Shown here piece after piece: positions 55,037 through 64,000 of a stretch of DNA of 64,000 bases (position 1 is the stretch's first letter; each line of letters opens with the position of its first letter). The stretch is from contig OZ199840.1 of assembly GCA_964304625.1 (NCBI GenBank), forward strand, positions 10,363,220 to 10,427,219, written 5' to 3'. A program made the translations under genes and the position numbers. Below the pieces are notes generated by a model. That model ran no database searches and was not told the origin of the DNA. It saw only the letters and a program-made list of their open reading frames with translations. The stretch comes from Kudoa neothunni (lineage: Eukaryota; Animalia; Cnidaria).

Positions 55037-56134
55037 TATCACCAAAAAAGTGTCTAAGTTGATTGGATTTTACTTCGAAGATTGCCTATGTGATAAAAAA
55101 TCAAAAAGAAAGCTTTTTTCTGCATTAAAAAAATATTAACGATATTCATCGATATTCATCAATATTCATAAATATTCATAAATATTAATCAATGTTGTTT
55201 TACATATAATTCAACGTAAGTTGTCCTTTGCCGAATTTAAACGATTACGCACGACCCACATCAAAACCTCACTTTGGCCCTAAGAATAAACATCACCTAA
55301 TCATCTTTTCCGAGTTACATCGAGTTAAGCAATAACGAAATTATTATTTGGCACTATATGCATTCATCGAAGTACACAAATCATAAATTTCACTCAAAAA
55401 TCTACTTCAAGCGGATACAATAAAAAACAGATAATTTCGCGAATATACACGTTCCATGTATAATACTTTGTGAATATTGAGTAAAATTCAAAGAGATTAC
55501 GCTAAAAATACAACCATTTAATAACACTGCAGCATGGATAGACCCGATGTTTATTAAATCCGGTTCAACTCTATGGGTGAAGTCACAAGTCCTATGGGAC
55601 TAATCAATTAGTTTATTTATTAATCCACTGCTTTTTTCTCATTGGTCCTTGTGAAATTAATTCTTATTATTTCATCGATTAATGATACCGTTTTAATAAA
55701 GGATAATAATTAAACAAATTTGTGTCATCTAACGCATTCTGCATGGTGGCTATCCCTTTCTAGGGATCAAGGAGATAAATTAGTTAACTCATAACGTTTT
55801 GAAAAAATAAACGTTCTCAATAATAAAAACAATAATAAAAGTCAATCCAAGGAGACTTAATTGAATTTTTCATAACGAGTTGATTATTGATTTATAGCAC
55901 CAGAAGAAAATAGCAAGGGAGAACAGCCAATATTAAGATCATTAGATTAGGTCATTACCAAGATTTTTAATACTTTCAATACCACTGAATAGATTATTAA
56001 ATCAAGATAACGATAACAGGCTGCCCAAATGAATTAAAATCGATTCTGACAGATTTTGGCAACGCAAATATCCTAAAACAATAATCTGTAAATCAAACCC
56101 TACTATTAATAATAATAATAATATCAATAATAAT

Positions 56135-56226
56135 ATATATCGATAATAATATATATCGATAGTAATAAATATCGATAGTAATAAATATCGATAGTAATAC
56201 ATATCGATAGTAATAGATATCGATAT
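56135..56226. repeat. 15-bp minisatellite (ATATCGATAGTAATA-like), about 6 copies, upstream of LCLAT1
   Basis: Directly visible tandem units each containing ATCGAT. Confidence 0.85.
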
Positions 56227-56428
56227 TAACGTCGAGTTGGAGCTAACACGAAAACAAACTAACCCATTCGAAATCAGGCTCGCTACATTCTAATCCTATT
56301 GAACTAACAGAATTACGCGCTGCGCTGGCAACCCATAGATCAGATCACGCTAAACAGGAAGTGAAAAAGATTTGGTATACTAACTGGCACGTGATCGAAT
56401 AAAAAATAGATTAAACGCTCGCCCTTTA

Positions 56429-57900
56429 ATGACAAATCGACAAGCATCACCCACAACGATCAACATGGGTGAGCCCCCTCAGCTTGGGTTTCATCCAGTC
56501 AATGTACTCGCTCTGATCTATTTATGGGTGTTATCGATTGCAGGTGGGATTTTTTTAATGCTACCCTTATACATTGTACTGATGCCGTTTTCTGCTGCAT
56601 TGTGCAATAGAATAATGGGTCTATTAACGATGGTATGGTTCAACACATGCAACGTAAAATCAACTTCATACATGCCTATTTATTTGTTGATATTAAATAT
56701 TTAGGTTATAATGAGTATATTATAAATCAATAAGAAATGAATTAATTTCGATGGCTTTAGAATATGTGGTACGAGTGAAAGTGTTTATCTACAGCGAGAA
56801 TCGCACAACCGAAGAAAACGAACCCTGTTTGATCATAATGAATCATGTGGGGAACTTGGATTGGTTACATTTCTACAGGGTTATAACAGAATTGTTCAAG
56901 CCACCCAACTATCGAATAGTCTTAAAAAAACCACTGTCAAATATACCAGGAGCAGGTTAGTAGTGTTGTTGTTTGATTACTTTCTAATTAATTAACAATT
57001 GCTAATGAATTGTTTTAATATAATATTTCACATTTAACATTTGATCGTTGACAAAACTGGCATATTTAATAATAATAGGATCTGCCATGGAATTCACAAA
57101 TTTTCTATTTATCACAAGAAAAATGGAACAAGATTGCCGTCACATCGATCAATACATCCACTATCACAAGAAAAACAATCTACCAATACAATTGTTATTA
57201 TTCTGCGAAGGTACCTTTATGAATCCAGTCGTCAAAATAAAAAGTGACAAATATGCCACCAAACACGGACTTCCCAAATATGAACATGTGCTGCATCCGC
57301 GTACCACAGGTTTCAAGCATATTTTAAGTCAAGCCACATCATCCGACTCAAATAACAACAACAACAACAACAACAACGAATCGCACACCAATCTTGACGA
57401 TACCCTCTTCAAGCGTGTATACGACATCACAATCGGATACAAGGGGTTTCCTTCGTCGATTGAGTACGGTTGTGATTTTGTTGGTCCAATTAATTTAATC
57501 GTAAATCAATTTCTCAAGTGTGGAATCGTTGAAGGGTAATTTTGGCAATGAGTTTCATTTTTTGGTTGAAAAATTCGATATAAATCAACTTCCAATACAC
57601 AACGACCAATTGTTAGATCAGTGGCTGACTGGCCGTTGGAGGGTCAAGGAAGACTCATTGCAATATTTCCATCAACATGGGCATTTTTGCGAACAAACCC
57701 ACACTCGAAACTTCGTCAAATTTTCGGATGAGTTTCGAGTTATATATGTTTTTCATATGGCGATTTTAACAATCTCAACAGTGTTCGCTTTTTATATGTC
57801 ACTAACCAACCCGTACGTCGGTGTCTACACAATAGTTGCCATAATCACGTTGGGTGTGTTTCATGTATTTAATGTACAATTTAGTTTGTACAATAGATAG
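56429..57900 (+). CDS. LCLAT1: Lysocardiolipin acyltransferase 1 / AGPAT-family acyltransferase, 5 exons including 10-nt microexon 56705-56714
   Basis: NHVGNLDW (NHxxxxD), FLFITR, LLLFCEGT, HVLHPRTTGF, YDITIGY and WLxxRWxxKE motifs; C-terminal TMs. Confidence 0.88.
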
Positions 57901-57981
57901 GATATAATAGTAGAATTGGGATCGATTTTTCACATTTTATTGGCCATATGTTACATTTGTTGTTATTTTTTGTTCGCAAAC

Positions 57982-59316
57982 TCAGTCCCAATACGGTTCG
58001 TCATCCTCCATGGATGATGTATTACCACCTGCTGTTGCTGCCGCTGCTGCTGCTGATGTAATTGCAGCGGAATCAAAAGGAGAACAGTTGAATGACGAAG
58101 AGGAGGATGAAAACTCTTCTTCATCACCAACATATGAGTTAGCATCCAAACTTATTACTATAGGAGTAGGTTTCTTCCGGAAAATGAAACATGATTTGTT
58201 GGGATCATTGTTGGCATTATTGTTGTGAGGATTGATTTGTGAATGAGTGTGAAATCGAATAAAATCAATAAATAATTGGAAATATGGAAACACATCTTTT
58301 AAAGATGGATAGTTTATGTGGTAGAATTGAGAGCAATTGAGACGATTAGAATCTCCATTACACAACTCACACACATTAGTCTCATTGGGATTGTTGAATA
58401 ACAGTTGTTCGATAAGGTCGATTTTTAATTTTAACTCCGAATTCGATTGTTCATCACTCGTGTAAAAATATTCCCAACTCAGAAGTTCATAGTTGAACAA
58501 TTGAGATTGATCGCAATCCAAAAAATTGATTTGTCGGTGGCCACAGTTGTAGTTATTGTTGTCGTTCGAGGTATCGGCAGAAGAGTTACGAGTAAAAACA
58601 GCAATCTGAGTGCAAAATCCAACGTTAATAAAACGCTTGTTTGTAGCACAACCAACACCACTAACCTTGTAGGTGTAGTCGTATTTGGAAACAACCGAGT
58701 CACAGTAATGTCTAAACTGTGGCCTAGTCCATTCGAATTTGTGGTCGTAATGACGAAATTTCATGTTACGTCCATTTTTGAAAACAACATTGAATTCTAC
58801 GTTTGGGGTGGTCAGCACAACAATCCCAGGTCTAAACAAACATCGATTCAAGCTCATATTCAAACAGAATTAAAAAATGCTTCGATTTAAACTTCGGTTT
58901 TCTTACCTAATTTGTCCGAAAATTGTGTTGGTAAAATTGGGAATCTGCTCAGGATGCAAATGCTCAATCACTTCTATTGCACTCAACAAATCGCAATTCT
59001 CACCAACTCGATAATCAAACATTTCAACACTCCCGTGATAGATTTTAGTTTCCAATTTCTTAGGCCGAGGAAACAATCCATCGCAAACTAATGGTTTGGT
59101 TTTTTGGAGATTGAACTCAAGTGTCGGCTTATCAATATCAATCCCATCCAATTGAACCACATTTGGACACAAAAATTTAACTTTCTCAATAAAACTACAT
59201 TCACTACAACCAACATCTGTAATCACTCTACTTCCGCTACTGTTAATCAGATCAATAACAAAATTGTAGCGTTGTTGGTTGAGTGAGGGATTGAAAATCC
59301 GATCACCTTCATCCAT
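57982..59316 (-). CDS. HENMT1: Small RNA 2'-O-methyltransferase HEN1, 2 exons (intron about 58832-58907)
   Basis: FNPSLNQQRY, DVGCSE (SAM motif), EVIEHL, TTPNVEFN and FRHYDHKFEWTR are diagnostic HEN1 methyltransferase motifs; a GTAAGA..TTAG intron joins ORFs 58903-59316 and 57982-58863. Confidence 0.95.
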
Positions 59317-62300
59317 GGCACGTTTCGTCTGATGATTGAAGTTGTAGAGAATTCGAAAACGAAATCACGCGCCGATTAATCCTCTGTCGAGTATCTCCCA
59401 TATGGTTTTTATGAGCTTGAGAATTTGTTTTGATTGCGAATTAAAGTTTAATTAGTAACGTATTCAACGAGATTATTCGACTTATATGATTATAATTTTT
59501 TTTGAAAATTAATATTAAAAGATATTCCGAGCTATTCTTCGCGTATAATTTCTGAGCAACGGGATATTATTGATAGAGAATCTGGCGAGTTATTTGTGCA
59601 TGCTTAATTTAATCCTCTTACCAATTCAAGTAAGCATGCGGCTACATCGTTGTAAATTTGGTGGAGTTGGATTGGTCATTTTTTGTTTAATATTAGTCTT
59701 GGTGAAGATTATTCAAAACCAGTTTGTACAGCGTACAGCATACAGCATAAATTTATAAATTTCTAGGGACAAGATGAGAGGGGCACGTGACCTTAAAAAT
59801 ATATTTAAGGCCAATTCCCTTATTTATTAATTATCATGAGTGTTCAAATTATGTTGGCGGTGTATAATGACGAGTGTTGATCTATAAACCGCGAATTTAA
59901 CCTTCTAAAGTCGCTACAAAAACAATCTCCTGAGGTCAATTTGACCCCAGATTATTATTTGATAAACTAATTATAAAATTTCTTACCTATTCAATTTTCC
60001 GGTATTTTCGATTTCTATCCACTAGTTTTTCAGTAAAACAACGTGAAATATAACAATTAATCTTTTTTAATCTTTTACGTAATTATTCGTAAGCCACTGT
60101 TTAATAGCTAGTTTATAGTTTAAAATAATAATTTGGGGTCTTTTTTGGGAAAAATATTTTTATTTCGATTAATTGTAAACCATAATTTAATACATAACCA
60201 AAAATAGCAACTATTAAATTTTAATAATTCTCCTCTCCGTCCGACACTGTCGGTTACAGGTGCGAATTCTATCGTGTTACAATGAATATTGAATATTCTG
60301 TTTTTTTTTCAATTAATCATTATTTTCGTGATTTAATGTTAGCAATTATAATTCAATTTCATTATTTAATAAAGATATGAATTTTTTAAGGCATTAATCA
60401 ATATAACTTAGCTTGTGTGAAAGAAGTGGTTTCGTCAATGTTTTTAGAGATGATACTTGTTTTCCTTAATTAATAATCCATTAAAATTTCTATAAACATT
60501 ATTAGATAAAGAAATTTTCCTCGTATGAATTGTAACTGTTATAAATTTAATTGTTTTTCAATAATACAATGCCAAACAAATTTCACGAATGATATCGTAT
60601 TAGCGGAAACATTATGATTATATATTTAGTTATTTTTGAAAAATGTAAAACCGTTCTCTCTAATACCACTCTTATGGAATAAATGTAAAAAACCAAAGTA
60701 GCCTCCATAAAAAAGGATGTTCCTTTTAAGTTATACTTTTCATGATTCATCTCAACTTAATCATCATCATCATCAACAAGAATTAAATTATTTATTATTA
60801 GGGTATAGACAATTTTATTTTATTCGACTCGAACATGTCAACTCTAACGGCTAACCATGGGATTCGCGCTCTACCTTTCTATTATTTTGTTGTAAAACTT
60901 GATATATTTTATGTATTTTCGTCAAAACAAACTAATTTTATTATGTTCGTCGATAGATGATATTTTTTAAAAAATGAAATTCTGACGAATAGGCGCAAAA
61001 TATAACATGCCAACAACAGAATTTATAAACAGATAAATATGAAGATGGGCGCGTGTAGCCCAAGATTATTTAACCGTGACCCAGTAAACATTTTAAGTGT
61101 TTACTAAAATTAAAAGTTATCTTTTAAACTATATTCATATCCAGCATTATATATGATAATTTAAATCGTATGCTTTATAATAATTATTTTGACTCCGTTA
61201 ATCTAAAAATATTATTTATCGTCCAAGTAGTCATTTTGAATATGATTAGACAACATCATTAAAAGATAAACGAGCCATAAAAGAAAGATACTTGTCATAG
61301 TTTTATAAATAGTTGTTAAGTATTTATTCTAAAATACATCTTAAGCATTTCTGTCGATTTCTTATTGAATTTGATATCCCTGAATAATATAGTTACTTAG
61401 GAATCCCTGAGTACGTCACAATTGCCATCGTGCAAAAATAGATTCTATGTAATTTTGATATTATTTAATTTACCCCCTGTTGAGTGTTGAGTATCCCTGG
61501 TGTCGATCAATTTAGTGGGGAAATTTTGAACTTAAAAAAAATATACATATTTACGTGGTATTTTTAGTATATCCTGCATGCACGTAGAATCAATCAAACC
61601 CGATTCTAATGATTATTAAATAATATTATATAAAAATTAATACAAATCATGCTTATTTCAATATCTTAAAATATTTAAAAAACACAAGTAGAGGTGAAGA
61701 AATTGTAAATTAAGGATAGTATTGAACAATAAATAGTACCTAACAACGGAATATCTAAATAAAGACTTCGTTAGTGTATAATTCGTTAACTATCTCCAAA
61801 AGATTTATAGATGGTGAAAATCTGATTTCATAATAAAATCATTTATAAGATAATTTTTAAACTATGCAATTTTTATAACACAAATATATGTATATATATA
61901 ATTGCCTAATAATACTTCTAAAAATATAATAATAAATAAACCAACATATTTAAAAAAAATAGGTTGCAGAGAAAACTAAGCTATTACATCTATAATCCTT
62001 CGCAAAGTTTACACAAAAATCTAATTTTTACTCCTTTTTTTATTTATCGAAAACGATTTGTTATATCAATACTTTTCAATATAATATTTGTACACAGATT
62101 TTTTATAGAACATTTCAAATAAAATAAACATTTTAAATGTTTTATATTACCATATATATATATATATATATGTATATTTTGGATAAAAATTTTTCATTGA
62201 AATGGACATATAACCCCCTTACAGACATATAAAAAATCTATAAAAAATGTATAAACTAAACATCTCACTAGTAAACCCATATATATGCATTAAAGGTTAA

Positions 62301-64000
62301 AATTGCATTTTTGAGAAATGAAAAATAAGATGTTTTTGTGAAATATGCGATCAGATTATTTTTTTTAATTAATCCATTTAAAATTGATTTATTTAAATAG
62401 GAAAAAAAATCTAATTAGTTATAATAAATAACTTTTGATTTACGAAGTAGGAAGAAGAAGAAGAGAGTACACAATGTTTATAGTAGCACAATGGAGATTT
62501 CACAGGTATTCGACAGTGTTCGAGTGGAGAAATGTTAGAATTTAGAAGTTGTTATTTTGGACTTGATCTTCACACTCTTTATTATTTTATTATAAAAAAT
62601 ACTAAACAAAAAATGTTCACAAGATGGTGATATTCAGTTATCACACTCTTCCCTTAAAAAATACCCCTGATTTTCAGCTGATGATCTGATTAATTTTTCA
62701 GTTTGTGATAATTAATTTATTGACTTCTCTATATTCATATGAGTGGGGAAAAATTATCCGGAGTGAAAACTGTAATGCATCAAAATAATTACACATCGTC
62801 CGGTCCGGCGTGGGGTACCTCATCAAACATATTCTTTAATCAATTTTAAATTCTCCACAGTTCATATAATTCAAACTATCACGAACATATATACTAATAG
62901 ACGTTAAAATAGAAAAGTGTTTTAGCTGCTGTAACAAATAAAACGACTATACTTCAAATACAATTAAATGCAGTTACAAAAGTGTACAGCAGACCAATTC
63001 CCCATTTTTCAACCAAACAATGATTTAAACCATATGAACCAATAAATATGGTTGAAACACATATACATACATGCATACATACATACATACATACATCATT
63101 ATTAGCAAACATTGTTGCTCGCCCTTCGTATTTATCGGTATGATTGGATTAAGTCTTCCGCCAGGTTTGAATCCACTTATGCTTGCGTAATATAGCTAAT
63201 TATGGACATTGAGTTGTTTTAAATGAAAGAATCCATAAAAAGTGAACGGAGGTCAAATAGACGACGATAATAATAGCAACAATAATAGGCTGAACTTTAG
63301 TATAGTTCCCCTAATCTCTCAAATGTGGTGTTTCGTCCTCCGTCTTCAGAAGACGTATGTTTCTTTTGTCAAGAAAATTTTAACACTTTTTTCTAATAAT
63401 TAGAAGGTCATTTCTGAGTACTTTTAAGTAAAATTAAACAAAACGGTAATTGTGGAGCGTGGGGCTCCCCATTTTTAGCGGTTTTAGCGGTTTTAGCGTT
63501 TTTACAATTTATTTTATCGGAAGTGATATCAAAAAATCTAATTTCTCTTCTCATCTGGAGCAAGTCAAAATGTTGTGCCCAATCTTATACATGAAGATGA
63601 CGTCGTAATAAACACAATAATCCTTATTATGCATTGGCGAATTAGGGGGTCTATAATTAATGAGATCCCAACGGATTTCTTAATCTTTAAAAGATTTATT
63701 AAATTAATTAAACCCAAGAAATCACCCCAACAAATGAAAAATATATACGAATGGTAGTGCTCGCAAGCCGTCAGATTAATAAAGTATTATCGAGTTCATT
63801 TTTGTAAATACCCAATCAGTTTTACTTAGATGAAAACGAAAACATGTCTTTTCGAGCTAGTAATATAGGAGTCATAATTATTAAATGATGTTAAAGTATA
63901 TATTAAATGCAAATTATCGATATATTATTCAAGAGATAATTAACTCTAGACTTTTACAAATGTATAATTTTTAGTTTTTAAAGATCCTCTTGCTTTGAAT

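Noticed and set aside
58010-58890. + strand ORFs 58010-58228 and 58447-58890
   Set aside because: Antisense to the well-supported HENMT1 exon.
63325-63365. Hammerhead-like CTGAAGA...GAAAC on the minus strand
   Set aside because: Stem II does not close and no stem I/III with an NUH site can be formed.
63473-63502. (TTTTAGCGG)3 telomere-like repeat
   Set aside because: Only three copies, internal, and not the metazoan TTAGGG.

Overview
Very AT-rich eukaryotic (animal) genomic DNA, not prokaryotic. Genes are split by very short introns (mostly 34-60 nt, GT..TAG/AAG) and separated by decayed DNA transposons (pogo/Tigger, Tc1/IS630, hAT, piggyBac, Merlin, Helitron, possibly MULE and Maverick). 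Divergent metazoan proteins and compact introns suggest a reduced parasite such as a myxozoan or orthonectid (inference only). Manual splicing gave eight genes: a CD39/NTPDase-like ectodomain with degenerate catalytic motifs on a Thr-rich mucin stalk (4696-8157, -), MRPS10, an SLC36 transporter, an SLC38A11-like transporter, a ~2,000-aa type-I membrane protein of Cys-containing FN3-like modules on symmetric phase-1 exons (36836-43793), ABCB6, LCLAT1 and HENMT1. The most notable observations are two adjacent intron-in-donor ([D1,2] stwintron-like) structures in the large surface-protein gene, the probable pseudo-apyrase/mucin, and the triplicated modular surface protein. All exon structures are hand-derived from sequence and need RNA confirmation.
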